NCBI GenBank assembly: GCA_965240325.2
Contig: OZ251226.1
Span: 1,364,001-1,428,000, forward strand
Reading direction: 5' to 3'
DNA: 64,000 nucleotides
Origin: Rebecca billardiae RCC1528
Taxonomy: Eukaryota > Protista > Haptophyta
This document shows, in pieces, positions 23,937 through 36,486 of the stretch. Made by a program: the position numbers and the translations under genes. The notes below the pieces were generated by a model. That model searched no databases. It was not told the DNA's origin and saw only the letters and a list, made by a program, of their open reading frames with translations. Numbering within the stretch: position 1 is the first letter of the stretch; each line of letters starts with the position of its first letter.

Positions 23937-26360
23937 TTATCCGAAGGATTGGCGCGGTCTTCGGCGCGGCGATGTGTGCTGCGGCACGGTGTCGGCGGTG
24001 CCAGCGCCTCGGCTCGATGATGCCGACGCCTTCGGCGCGGCCGTCGCGATGCCCAGCGCCGCCGCCGCCGCCGCTGCAGTCTGGCCGTTTGCCCTGCGCA
24101 CGCGCGGCGTCGTCGGCGTCGCCATGCGCGCGCGCGGTGCTGACGACGGGCGATGGCGCAGCGCGGCGCTGGCCGCCGACTCGAGCGTGCGCCCCATGAG
24201 CCGCTCGATCTCGCCCAGCCTCAGCTCGCGCACAAACCCGAGCCGCGCCAAGTGCGACCGCTTGCGCTGGTTGCTAGCGCGCGTCCGCATCGCGTCCGCG
24301 CGCGTCGCGTCGTGCTCGCGCGCGTGCGCGCGCGCCGCGCGCTTCGCTCGCTCCTCGTGCCCCAGGGCTGTCCGGCAGAAGGCCAGGCTGCGCTCGGCGT
24401 GGTCGACGCACCGCGCGAGCACGTCCACGTCGGCGAGGCACGCCGCCACGCGCTCCGCGCGCGCGTGCAGCTGCTCGTCCTCGAGCGCGCTCAGCGTGCG
24501 AGCGCCGCGCCACTCCAGAGCAGCCGACTGATCGGCCAGTTCGGCGCAGTGCGCGCCGGTTTCGGCGATGGCGGCGCGCAGCCGGCTCGCCACGCCGTCG
24601 AGGCTGGAGCGGGCGCGCTCGGCGAGCGCGACGTCGCGCTCCGTGCGCGAGATCTGGTCCACACGACCTGCAAGCTCCGCCACGCTGCGCGCGCGCCGCT
24701 CGCGCAGCGCGTCCCGACGCTCAGCGAGCTCTGAGACGGCCGCGTGTGCGCGCGCGCGCTCCGCAGCGGCCTCGTCGCACGCGGCGGTGGCGCGCGCCGC
24801 GGCCTCGTGCGCCGCGCCGAGCTGCTCGAGGCGCTGCTCGAGCTGCGCGGCGAGGCCCGAGCTGGCCCGCCCGCGCGCCTCCGCCTCCGCCTCCGCCCCC
24901 TCGATCGCCGCGCGCGCCGCGGCCGCGCGACCCTCCGCCCGCTGCAGCCCGGCCGCCTGCCTGCGCAGCCGCTGCCTCAGCTCGCCCTCGCGCGTGCCGG
25001 CCGAGTGCTGCGCCGCATGCGCCGCGTCGAGCTGCGCGCGGAGCTCGGACGCCGTGCGCGCCGCCTCGGCGCGGCGCGCGGCCATGCGCTCGAGCGCGTC
25101 GCGCACGTGCGCCATCTCCTCCCGTGCCGCGGCCGCGCGCTCGTCAGCTGCTGTGATGTCGCGCTCGGCGCGCGCGCGCATGCTCGCTCGCGCGCTCGCG
25201 TCCGCCGCGCGCCGGTGCGCGGCTTCGGCCTCGTCGCGGGCGCCGGTGGCGGCCTGGCCCTCCAGCCGGCGGGCGAGGAGCTCGTCGGCCTCGAGCGCGC
25301 CGAGCTGCGAGCGCAGCCGCGCCTCGACCACGCGCTCGCGCGCCAGCTCCTCCTCCCGCTCCCGGACTGAGCTCCGGACTTGCTTCAGCTCGGCGGCGCG
25401 CGACGCGCCCTCGTCGTCCAGTGCGCGCGCGGCGGCGCGCCGGCGCTCGAGCTCGGCGCGAAGGCGCGCGGAGGCTGCCTCGAGCTCGGAGGCGCGTGTG
25501 CATGCGTCGCGCCACTCGCGCCCCGCGCCCCACGCCACCGACTCGGCGCGCGCCACCTCGCGCTCGAGCTGCACGGCGTGCGTGCGCGCAGACAGGAGTG
25601 CCTGCGTGCGCTCGCGCGTCTCCGCCCGTGCGCGCTCCGAGTGCGCGCGCAAAGCGTCGGTGCTCGCGGAGAGGGCGTCGACGAGGCGGCGTGCCTCGAG
25701 GCCCACCGCCTCCGCCACGCCTCGCTCAGCCCGCTGCAGCGCGAGCTGCTCCTCCAGCTCCGCGAGCGTGGCCGCGCGGATCTCGGCGTGCGCCTCGAGC
25801 GCCGCGCGCGTCTGAAGGCCGTCCACTGCCGCAAGCGCATCGCGCGACACCTCGGACTCGGCGGCGAGGGCGTCGGCTCGGGCGAGGCGAGCCCGCTGCT
25901 CGACGGCACGAGCGCTCTCCTCCGCTGCGTGCAACGCGGCTGACGCGCGCTCGAGCCGTGCGCGCTCGTCCGCAAGCAGCCGCTCCGCGCGATGCCTCTG
26001 CGACGCTGCTGCGTCGTGCCGCGCGCTGAGCTCGCCAGCGTCGGCCTTGGCCGCGCGCGAGGCGTTGGCGGCGGCGCGGAGCGCGCGCGTGGTGGAGACG
26101 AGACGCTGCTGCGCGAGGACCAGCCCGTCCTCCGCTCGCGATGCCGCCGTCTCGAGGGCCTTGAGCTCGTCGCGCGCGCGCTGTGCTTGACGCCGCGCGC
26201 GGCCGAGCGCGTCCGATGCGCGCCGGTGCCGGCGGCCGAGCTGCTCGCGCAGGGCGGCGTTGAGCCGGCGCATCGCCGCATGCCCTGCCGGAAGCTCGGC
26301 CGCCGCGGACGCGCCGCCCTCGCCCAGGCGCAGCTCGCGCCAGTGCGAGCCCCACCACAT
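23937..26360 (-). CDS. Long coiled-coil protein (possibly CCDC40-like axonemal protein; assignment weak)
   Basis: ~800-codon A/E/R/L heptad-rich ORF, divergent from RPS14. The segment MRRLNAALREQL...LAQQRL loosely recalls the CCDC40 N-terminus. Confidence 0.6.
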   Translation of the reverse strand: MWWGSHWRELRLGEGGASAAAELPAGHAAMRRLNAALREQLGRRHRRASDALGRARRQAQRARDELKALETAASRAEDGLVLAQQRLVSTTRALRAAANASRAAKADAGELSARHDAAASQRHRAERLLADERARLERASAALHAAEESARAVEQRARLARADALAAESEVSRDALAAVDGLQTRAALEAHAEIRAATLAELEEQLALQRAERGVAEAVGLEARRLVDALSASTDALRAHSERARAETRERTQALLSARTHAVQLEREVARAESVAWGAGREWRDACTRASELEAASARLRAELERRRAAARALDDEGASRAAELKQVRSSVREREEELARERVVEARLRSQLGALEADELLARRLEGQAATGARDEAEAAHRRAADASARASMRARAERDITAADERAAAAREEMAHVRDALERMAARRAEAARTASELRAQLDAAHAAQHSAGTREGELRQRLRRQAAGLQRAEGRAAAARAAIEGAEAEAEARGRASSGLAAQLEQRLEQLGAAHEAAARATAACDEAAAERARAHAAVSELAERRDALRERRARSVAELAGRVDQISRTERDVALAERARSSLDGVASRLRAAIAETGAHCAELADQSAALEWRGARTLSALEDEQLHARAERVAACLADVDVLARCVDHAERSLAFCRTALGHEERAKRAARAHAREHDATRADAMRTRASNQRKRSHLARLGFVRELRLGEIERLMGRTLESAASAALRHRPSSAPRARMATPTTPRVRRANGQTAAAAAAALGIATAAPKASASSSRGAGTADTVPQHTSPRRRPRQSFG

Positions 26361-26493
26361 GCGCGAGCCAACGGAAGCTTTGGCCTTCACAGTCAAGCCA
26401 GCCGGCCGCCATGGAAGTCCGGGAGGCTTCCGGAGCACCGGACATTGCACTGAAGTCGAGGCCACGCGACCTCGCCTGTCCTGTGTCGACGCG

Positions 26494-27246
<753 letters not shown>

Positions 27247-28191
27247 GCCCTCGAGGCTGCCTCCCGGGTGCGCCGGCCCCTTGGTGCTGCTGGTCGTGCT
27301 GTCATGCAACCTGCCACGGCTCGGCGGGTCTGCGAGCACAGCATGCGTCCGCACGAGCTGCGAAGCGTGCGCCCGCCGGTCTACATGATTCACCCATTTC
27401 CGGGATCATCTTAACTGTGGTTCGCGCGCAGCCAGTCAATCAGCATGGAGGGCATTGAATCTCCGTCTGTCATGATCGTCGGGCCACACTCGGTCGCCGA
27501 CGCTGCGTCGTACTGCCTGCGACGTAGTGCGCAGCCTGGACAAGGTCACTGCGTGGCAACGCGTACGCACTACGCTCACTCGCTGCTGCGGAGACTAACC
27601 AGTAACCCGCCGGGAGGCGGGAGTACTCGGTGCGCCGCGGCCGGGCGGCCCGAGTCCGCCGCGGGCGGGCCCGGGGCCGCGGGCGGCTGGCGCCTGGCGC
27701 CGCCTGGCGGCGGCGGGGTGACACAGACTGACACTGAACCGTTAAGTTTATATAGTATCATTACTCAGAATTATGGAGTACTGACTGATGGACCGCAGTA
27801 CTGGCGGGCTCGGGCCGTCATTGTCTCCCGGAGCCAAGTCAGAGACCGCGTGACTCCGCCGTGAGGCTCGCTCACTACGCCTACGGTGATTAACTAAGAA
27901 TTTATAGCAATTAACTAAGTCCGGGTAGGCGTTGCCACTACTACTCACTCGGCTCCGAGTTAGTCCGCGCAGACCGCGGGCGCCGTCCGCCGCCGTCAGC
28001 GTGACCGTGACGCCGCGGCCCGGGCCGGCGGCGGCCGCCGGGCTACGGGAGAATACGGCGCCATCATAGTTAGACGCGGCCGATCGGACGGGCCACGAGG
28101 CCGGACGGGCCCAGGTAGTTTTATTCCGGGTAAAATATTATTAATAATTTATAATAATAATTTCAAATTAATATGTGTTTCACGCCTTCCA

Positions 28192-28415
28192 GTGCCTGTG
28201 TCTTTAAATCATAGAATTAGTCATGCGAGCCGCGCAGCGCAGGTGGATCGCGCTCCAGCAGCTCAAGGCCGCGCTCAAGCCATTCGATCGCGGTTCAGGC
28301 TATGCTCTGCCACCAGCGCCGACTTCGTGTCGACGATCGGGCACTGCCGACGACGAATCAGGAGACCTGCGGCGGCCTGCGCCGTCCTACCTGTGTCGTT
28401 AAATCATAGAATGAG
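28192..28415 (+). repeat. Truncated 3' fragment of family F2 with a duplicated end motif
   Basis: Reverse complement of ~18635-18822. CCTGTGTC.TTAAATCATAGAAT occurs twice (~28195 and ~28391). Confidence 0.75.
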
Positions 28416-28729
28416 TAGTCAGTAATCAGTTCCGAACTCGAACGAAGCTGGCACCGCACCCGTCGGCGTCGGACCCGTCCCGCAGCCCCCTATTAATACA
28501 TCTGAATAAGACAGCTTCTGTCAACTTACTCGCGGAGTCGGACTCTGCCCGTTGCAGGCTCCCTGGGTCCCTGGCCGCGCGTGTCTTACTCTTAATGCTG
28601 CGCCAGTCCGTGCTGCTGCATGGCTGGTAAGCTAGTGGTAGAATCACTAGTTAGTGAAAAAAACTATATTACCCGTCGCGCAGCTAATGCCTAATTCGAT
28701 TCGTTGCCAGACCTCCCATTTCATATTAT

Positions 28730-28733
<4 letters not shown>

Positions 28734-28828
<95 letters not shown>

Positions 28829-28852
28829 GAGAGAGAGACAGAGACGGAGAGA
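28734..28852. repeat. (GA)n microsatellite
   Basis: Direct reading. Confidence 0.97.
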
Positions 28853-29192
28853 GTCACTTAGTAGGAGCTCAAAATAACTACCGCCGGCAGGAGTTTTGAG
28901 CCCGCTGGGCCGGGGACGGCCGGGACGGGCTCAGGAGGTTTCTGGGACGGGTGGATGCCGTGTGCGCGTGATGCCGCGCGCGTCGTGCCGACGCCGGCAA
29001 GCCGCGCTCCGCGCGCTGAGCTGCCTAGTGAGCTTGAGTCTCGGGCTCGATAAATCGTGTCTGGGCAGCCTGGCTGCATGATTAGGAGTGGGGAAGCTTC
29101 GGCCGGCCGACGACTTCCGATGAGCAATATTCGGGGGAGGGTAGCAAGCGCCTGTCTGCCCGCGGCGCCGCGCGGACCCTCCGACTGGTGAC

Positions 29193-30205
29193 TCAGAGGT
29201 CGTCGCCGTACAGGTCCTGCACGAGGGCGCCGTACTCGCCCGCGCACAGCTCGAGGATCTCGCGCCACAGGGGCTTGGAGCCGGGCCGGTTGGACGGCTC
29301 CGAGCGCTCCTTGAAGAGGACGTCTCGGGAGACACTGGCGGGGCGCCACAAGCCCGCGTCCAGCTGCTTCTCAAGCTCTCCGGATTTGAACACTGCAACC
29401 GCGCGGCGCAAGCACGGAGCAGCGCGCATGTGAGCTGAGGGCCGAACGCACTCGCACCCACGCGCACGGCGAGGCGTGGCAGCGCACCGGTTTTGCCGGC
29501 GAAGACCATGGATCGTGTCGCCATGATCTTGCCGGACTCGATCAGCGGCCTGGCCTTGCCCCACGGCCCGTACGCCACCCCGGTGAACACGGCCTCGAAG
29601 CCTTCCGGCGCCTCCGGCCCGTCATGCTGCGCGAGCACCATGACCGCATCGCGCGCCTGCACGCCGCCAAACCAAAGCGGGTTGATGGGCGCGACGGCGT
29701 ACTCGTCGCCCTTGATGTCGCCGAGGAGGATGCCCGTTCTCCGCTCGAGCAGCAGCGCGTCGAACCCGCCCGATTTGTCCCGCGAGACGAGGATGACGAC
29801 TGGGAGCACGCGCGCCAGGAGGTCACCGCGAGCGTCGGGCGGCAGCGGTCCGCGGAGGGCGAACTGATCGTACGGCGCGCCGCGCGCGCTGGGTGCGCCC
29901 TCACGCCAGGCGGTGTGATCAGCGACGAGGACCGCACCCGTCTCGAGGCCCTCGCTCGCGCGCGCCCACATGTCGTCACTGCCGAAGCGACTGGACTGGG
30001 CGCCCGCGCCGCCGCCGCCCATCTGGCGCTGCAGCTGCTCCCGGAAGGCGTTCAGCGCGGCGGACTCGTCGTCGTCCGCGGCGGAAGCGCGGACGGCCGC
30101 GGTGCGGCCGCGTAGCCTGCTCTGCGCCGAGCACGGCGCATGGCGCGCCGCCTCCGCCGTGGCGAACAGCGCGAGGAGCGCGACGACGATGACTTCGCGC
30201 GTCAT
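29193..30205 (-). CDS. DUF179/YqgE-AlgH-like protein with a putative plastid-targeting presequence; intron 29487-29393
   Basis: Signal peptide MTREVIVVALLALFATAEA, LETGAVLVA, PLWFGG, and the C-terminal GELEKQLDAGLW...LWREIL. Confidence 0.7.
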
Positions 30206-30311
30206 CCTCGCTGGCCACGACCAGCTGAGTCCGGCTGCACCCTCACTGGGTCCGGACCACGGCTCGGCTTCGGCCCGCACTGCCGCACTCGTGCCCGGCG
30301 CAGCCGACAAG

Positions 30312-32569
30312 ATGGCGAGCGTGGACGACGAGATGGATGACGCCGAACGGGACCGCGACCGCCGCGGCTCCCCGGAGCGCCGCCCCCGCGACAGCTACCG
30401 CAACGACGACGAGGAGGAGGACCCGCGCGCCCGCGGCAAGGAGTCGATGGAGCTCGCGGAGGAGGACGCCGCTTTTGTGCTCGGCCGCGGTGGCATGACC
30501 AAGAAGAAGATCGAGCGCGCGTGCAACGCCGTGATCGACGTGAACGAGCGCGAGTACCGCATCGAGATCACCGGGACGAAGAGCGAGCGCAAGCGCGCGC
30601 GGGACTACCTCACCTTCGTCATGCAGCAGCGCGTCGGCGCCGTCGTGATCGACACCAACAAGCCGCGCGACGACCTGACGATCCTCTCGGTGCCTGAGGA
30701 TTGCGTCGCGTTCGTGATGGGTCGCGGCGGGCAGACGCTGCGCACGATCGAGGAGGAGTGGGCCACGCTCATGTTCTTCGCCAAGGTCGCCGGCGCCGCG
30801 ACGTCCGAGAAGCTCATGATCTTCGGCGACCTCCGCGCGCGCCGCGGCGCCGAGCTCAAGGTGATGTCGGCCATCGAGCACAAGAAGCCCGGCTACTACG
30901 TCCAGCAGGGGGACAACGGCCTGCCCGAGTCGGTGCGCATGTCCGAGCGGTACGAGGGGGACGCGCTGCCGCCGGACGCGGTGCGTCGACGCGCCTGCGC
31001 GCGCGCGCGCCCGCGTGCCCGCGCGCTCGTTGCGTCACGCGGCCAGCCTGCAGCATTGCCGCTCGACACCACTCGATGGCACGCGCGCCCGCCCGCGCCT
31101 TAGTCGTGGCGCCACCCTTTCCCGCGCCGCCGGCGCGCGTGCCGCAGGACTGGGATGTGGACATGATCCCGTTCACGAACGACGACTTCTCGTACGCGCT
31201 CGGCGCGCAGGGCTCCACGCGCCGCAAGCTCGCCAAGGCCTCCGGCTGCATCCTGGAGTACGTGGGCATGGTGGCGTGCATCGCAGGTGGGCACGGGCGC
31301 GCGCGAGCGCGCGCGATCGCGCGCGAGCGCGCGCGAGCGCGCGCGAGTGAGCGAGAGCGGGCGAGAGCGGGCGAGAGCGGGCGCGCGCGCGCGCGGGTGG
31401 GCGTGGCGCGCGGGACCGGTGATGGTGCTCCAGCCCGCACGCACTTGGATGGGCGGAGGCGCAGGCCGGCCCCGGGGATCGTCGAGCGCTGAGCGCCGCC
31501 CGCCCACGCGCCCGACTCTCACCCGCACCCGTCGGGGCAGGCACGCGCGATGACCGCAAGCGCTGCCGAGACTACCTCCGCTGGCTGCTCAAGCAGCGCA
31601 CGGGCCCGGTGCACGTCGAGCACGACGGGCGCACGGACGTGATTGCCCTGCAGGTCCCGCCCGAGTCCGTCGGTGCGCGCCCGCGCGCCCGCCGCGCGCT
31701 CGGGCCGTGCGCGCGCACGCGCGCGCCGCACGATCGATTGAAGCCGCAACGCGCACGCACGCCTGCGGCGTCCGCTGCACGCCTGCGGCCTGTCTGCTGC
31801 CTCGGTCGGCCGTGCGCGCGCCCCGCACCGCCGCCAGGCTTCATCACAGGCACGCGCGGCGAGACCCTCCGGCAGATCGAGCGCAACACGGGCACCTTCT
31901 GCTTCACCTCCTCCGCGCAGCACTCAGAGACTGGTGGTATGCGCCCGACCAGAGGCGCGGACGCGCGCGCCCGCGCGGCTCGGCCGCACGCCGCACGCCG
32001 CACGCCGCGCGTGAGTGGGCTGCACGCTCGAGCGTCGCCCAGCCGCCTCGCCGTGCGCTCCGGACTCACGCGCGCCCGTGCCTGGCCCCGCGCCCACGCG
32101 CGTTGCCGCAGGCCGCCACGAGACGCTGCTCATTTTCTCACACGACTCGAACGCGCGCGCGCGCGCGCGCGACGAGGTGGAAGGCCGTCTGCACGAGCAC
32201 GCCATGATGCGGCGGGGTGGCGGGATGGGCGGCCGCGGGGGCGGCGGCTACGAGCAGCGTTACGACGACCGGCGCGACTACGACCGCGGGCGCGACCGCC
32301 ACTACGACGACCGGCGCGACGACCGGCGCGACCGCGACCGCTACGATGACCGGCGCGACCGTCGGCGCGACGACGATTACGACGACCGGTATGACCGGCG
32401 CCGTGAGGAAGACCGCCGCGGCGATCGCCGCCGGCGCGACGACGAGTACGATGATCGCTACGACCGCCGCCGCCGGGACGAATACGACCGCTACGACGAT
32501 CGCGATCGGCGCGACCGCGACCACCGCCACGACGACCGGCGCGGGCGCGACTACGACCACCGCCGCTGA
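30312..32569 (+). CDS. Multi-KH-domain RNA-binding protein with an RD-rich tail; introns ~30981-31147, 31287-31540, 31673-31837, ~31937-32111
   Basis: Four KH-like GxxG loops (FVLGRGG, FVMGRGG, ALGAQG, FITGTRG), phase-consistent splice sites and an Arg/Asp/Tyr repeat C-terminus. Confidence 0.82.
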
Positions 32570-32851
32570 GCAGCACACGCCAGGCCGCGTCGAGCACGCC
32601 TGCCGGCGCGCACACCTGGCGGGCTGCGCCCGCTGAGCGCTCTCGGGGCCCGCAGCCTCGCGCCTCGAGGGAGCGCCGGCTGCGGCGTGCCGCTCGCGGC
32701 ACTGGCTGCACCGAGCATGATGTCTTCGCGAGCGCGGCAAGGCACTCGCGACGATGCACGTGTCTTGCGCTGGCGCTGTCGCAGCGGCGCGGCGGGCTGA
32801 CCGATCCGCGGCGCGCGCGCCAGCTCGCTCGCGCCGCGGATCGGTCAGCCC

Positions 32852-33234
32852 AGGGGGCAGGGCTGCGGGTGGCGCACTGCCTGACCTCGTCAGGTCAGGA
32901 ACGGGCGCGGAGCCGCGGACGCATTCCGCTATGTGTCTGCTGCACTCTGACTACTCTGAGCCTGACGCTTGCCCGTTGCATACCACGTCGTTACATATAA
33001 TTATAAATGAACAATATCGTAATTAATAATGCATACATTGACAAGCTATTTATTCGTCAGTTAAATAAATAAATATAATAAATACATCAGCAGTTTCAAG
33101 CAGTCATTTAAACCGCTTGAAACAGAAATTGCACTTAGTATATATTAGCCTGAGCATACATGTAAATATTGACGACGTGGTATGCTGATGCAACGGGCAA
33201 GCGTCAGGCTCAGAGTGTGACAGGAGACACATAG
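32852..33234. repeat. Repeat family F3: inverted pair (~32929-32991 / ~33172-33234) around an AT-rich core
   Basis: CTCTGAGCCTGACGCTTGCCCGTTGCAT and its reverse complement are both present. Further copies lie at ~41532-41590 and ~58352-58467. Confidence 0.75.
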
Positions 33235-33326
33235 TGAGAAGTATTGAAGTAATTATGAATAACAATCAAGTATAATATATATATATGCATTTAAAGGACT
33301 TGTCTCCAACGGCTGGCCAAGTCTCG

Positions 33327-34250
33327 ATGGCGAGCGCGGCGGCGGCGGCGCTCCGCGTCGTGACATGGAACGTTTGGTTCGCGGATTTCAGGATGGAGCA
33401 GCGCGCGCGCGGCGCGCTGCGGCATGCGCGGTCAGCCGACGTGAATGTCATCGCATTCCAGGAGGTCACCCCGCGCTGCTTTCAGATTCTCACCACTGAC
33501 GAATGGCTAATGACCAGGTTCACCCTCTCCGCCAGCTCGCCGGCCGCGGTGGCGCCGTACGGCTGTCTGCTCGCGATTCGGAACGACCTTGCGCCGAGGT
33601 TCTCTCAAGACGCCCTCCCCACGCGCATGGGCCGAAGCCTCGTGCGCGCGGACGTCACGCTGCCGCACAGCCATGCACGCGTGCGCATCGGCACCGTCCA
33701 TCTGGAGAGCCTCGACAGCAGACCGGTGCGGGAGCAGCAGCTCGCGGTGATAGCCCGCGCGCTGGAGGGCGCGCCCTCGATCCTGGTCGGCGACTTCAAC
33801 TTCTGCTCTCGGCGAGAGTGGTCGCGCGCCCATCGGCGGGACGCCGACGGTGTGCCCGAACTCGTGCGCCATTGGGAGAAGCATGGCGGGCCTGTGCCCG
33901 CGGCGACTGGGCTCGAGAACGACGTCCTCGCGAAGCTGCTGCCCGAGCACGTGGACGTGTGGACCGAGCTCATGCCCGCCGGGGACTGTGGCTTCACGTA
34001 CGACACCGTGCGCAACACCATGCTCGCGGGTCAGCACAAGTACGAGCGCATGCGGTACGACCGCGTGCTGACGTCCAAATTGCATGGCGCGGGGTTGCGG
34101 CCGCAGGCCATCGAGCTTCTGGGCGTCGAGCCGATGCAGGGCGAGGCAGGTGAGGACGCTGCCGCGGCAGAGCACCCGCCGCGCGGAGGGCCTTCCTACC
34201 ACGTCAGCGATCATTTTGGCTTGCTCGCAACCTTCGCTGCTGCTGACTGA
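33327..34250 (+). CDS. Endonuclease/exonuclease/phosphatase family protein, TDP2-like
   Basis: Motifs LRVVTWNVWF, VIAFQEV, TRMGRSL, TVHLESL, LVGDFN, RYDRV and SDHFGL. Confidence 0.85.
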   Translation: MASAAAAALRVVTWNVWFADFRMEQRARGALRHARSADVNVIAFQEVTPRCFQILTTDEWLMTRFTLSASSPAAVAPYGCLLAIRNDLAPRFSQDALPTRMGRSLVRADVTLPHSHARVRIGTVHLESLDSRPVREQQLAVIARALEGAPSILVGDFNFCSRREWSRAHRRDADGVPELVRHWEKHGGPVPAATGLENDVLAKLLPEHVDVWTELMPAGDCGFTYDTVRNTMLAGQHKYERMRYDRVLTSKLHGAGLRPQAIELLGVEPMQGEAGEDAAAAEHPPRGGPSYHVSDHFGLLATFAAAD

Positions 34251-34360
34251 CACCCTTGAATCAACGGTACTCAACTCAGGCAGCGACGAATCGGAGTGTC
34301 GGACTGAACACTACTCACTGAACACGTCTCATTCTCATCAATGATCATAAATCAGATCTA

Positions 34361-36366
34361 ATGGCCCGCGGTGCAGGGCGGAGCGCGCAGCGTGGAGCCC
34401 GCACCAGCGGGCCCGAACCACGTTTCAAAAAGATCTTTGATCAAGAAAAAAGGGACGGGGGCGATTTTTAGGGCTGGCGGAGACCGAGTTTCGAGTTTTT
34501 GAGATCGCATAGAGAGGTCTATTAGGCCGAAAAAAACCGCGTCCAGCTGATTCCCTTAAGTAAAGTGCGATCTGGACGTCAGCTGGACGTGACATTAGTG
34601 TAACGGTTCGTTACGAGCGCGATTTTAAGTATGAGATTGCCGCCAACCGCCAACCGATAAAAACGGCAAGGCAAGGGCTCGGGAAACTTGATCACTTCTA
34701 AATGTGAATAGTAAAATGCTCTCCCCGAGCGCGCCTGTCGCCTCGCAGGCCGCGCGTCTCGCCCTCTCGCTCGCTCTCCCCGAGGCTGAGCTCGCGGCCC
34801 GCCTGTCACCTCGCAGGCGCGCGCCACGGACACATGCGCGACGAGATCGCGGCGGGGGCGGCGAGATCGCGGCGGGGGCGACGGGCAACAACCTGCCCGC
34901 GGGCGCGTTCGTCACTCGAGGAGCAGCGCGCAAGGGCGAGCCGAGTCCGGAGCACGCGAGCTCGTCGCTCGCCGACCGGAGCAGAGCGCGCCGCCCGCCG
35001 CCGCCGAGCGAGCGGCGCGGCAGAGCTGATGAGCCGGATGCGCCCGGAGCTCGCGCGGCTGAAGGGCGAGCTCGAGCACGCGAGCTCGCGCCTCGACGCC
35101 GAGCCCGAGCTCCTCCTCAACTCGGTCGACGGCGGCGCGGAGGTCCAGCAGCAGCGTGAGGACTCACAGACAGTGTGAGTGAGCCGCGCGCAGCTCAGCC
35201 TGCCGCTGGCAGCCGCCGTCTTCGAGGCCGACGCGGCGGAGGAGGCGGCGGGCGACGAGATCGCGGCGGGGGCGGCGAGATCGCGGCGGGGGCGACGGGC
35301 AACAACCTGCCCGCGGGCGCGTTCGTCACTCGAGGAGCAGCGCGCAAGGGCGAGCCGAGTCCGGAGCACGCGAGCTCGTCGCTCGCCGACCGGAGCAGAG
35401 CGCGCCGCCCGCCGCCGCCGAGCGAGCGGCGCGGCAGAGCTGATGAGCCGGATGCGCCCGGAGCTCGCGCGGCTGAAGGGCGAGCTCGAGCACGCGAGCT
35501 CGCGCCTCGACGCCGAGCCCGAGCTCCTCCTCAACTCGGTCGACGGCGGCGCGGAGGTCCGGCAGCAGCGTGAGGACTCACAGACAGTGTGAGTGAGCCG
35601 CGCGCAGCTCAGCCTGCCGCTGGCAGCCGCCGTCTTCGAGGCCGACGCGGCGGAGGAGGCGGCGGGCGAGCACGGCGGCGCGGTGGAGCAGGCGCGCACG
35701 CGCGGCGGCAGGCGCGACGCGCCGCTCGCCTCGTTCCACCGCCCCGAGCTCCGCTCGGTCGGTCTCGGTGCGCGGCTGCGCAGCCGGCAGGCCGGCGGGC
35801 CAGCAGTCTGCAGTGGCGCGCGCTCTCGCTCTGCCGGCACGAGGCGTGCCGGCTGAGCGACCAGCGGCCCGTCGTCGAGCGCATGGCGCAGGGCGAGTAC
35901 CTCAAGCAGGTGCGCCCGCTCGCGCGCACGCGCCGGCTCGCGACCAGCGGCCCTTCGTCGAGCGCATGGCGCAGCGCGAGCACCTTGCAAGCAAGCTGAA
36001 GCAGGTGCGCCCGCACGCGCGCACGCGCCGGCCCGGCGCCGCGCGGCGCCTCTCGCCCTCTCGCCCTGCGCGCGCCGCCGCCCCGCTTCCCCGCGCGGCC
36101 CGTCCGCGCCTCTCGCCCTGCGAGCGCGCCGCCCCGCTTCCCCGCGCGGCCCGTCCGCTGGTGTCCCATGCCACCCTTGGCCGTGCGCGCCCGCAACTCG
36201 CGCCGAGTCCGAGACTCGGTCTCGGGTCTGACTCTCCCTCTCAGAGTGGCTGAACTGTCTTTCTGACTAGGACTGACTGACTCGTCAGTCTCATTCTCAA
36301 CCACTGCGCCGCGGGCCCCGAACTGATGCGTTGGTTCTACGGAAAAGGACCGCGGAACGCGGTCAT
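34361..36366 (+). mobile_element. Non-autonomous Helentron/DINE-like element, copy A (carries unrelated internal DNA)
   Basis: 5' end ATGGCCCGCGGTGC. The 3' end has the sub-terminal inverted copy CCGCGGGCC followed by the hairpin GACCGCG-GAA-CGCGGTC-AT. Ends are shared with copies B-D. Confidence 0.75.
34838..35669 (+). repeat. Near-perfect tandem duplication, period 414 bp
   Basis: ACGAGATCGCGGCGGGG at 34841 and 35255; the two units are almost identical. Confidence 0.92.
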
Positions 36367-36486
36367 ATCATCGCTAATAAGATATCACTAGCTAGAGTAG
36401 TGTCGCACGACGACGCGGACCCGCCGTCCGTCGGCGGTCCGGTCGGTGCGGCCCGTGCCACTGTGACTCAGTAGACTGTTTCTGTT

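Noticed and set aside
32240-32569. Short GAC/CGC repeats that could look like an array
   Set aside because: They encode the RD-rich tail of the KH protein; there is no repeat-spacer structure, so this is not CRISPR.
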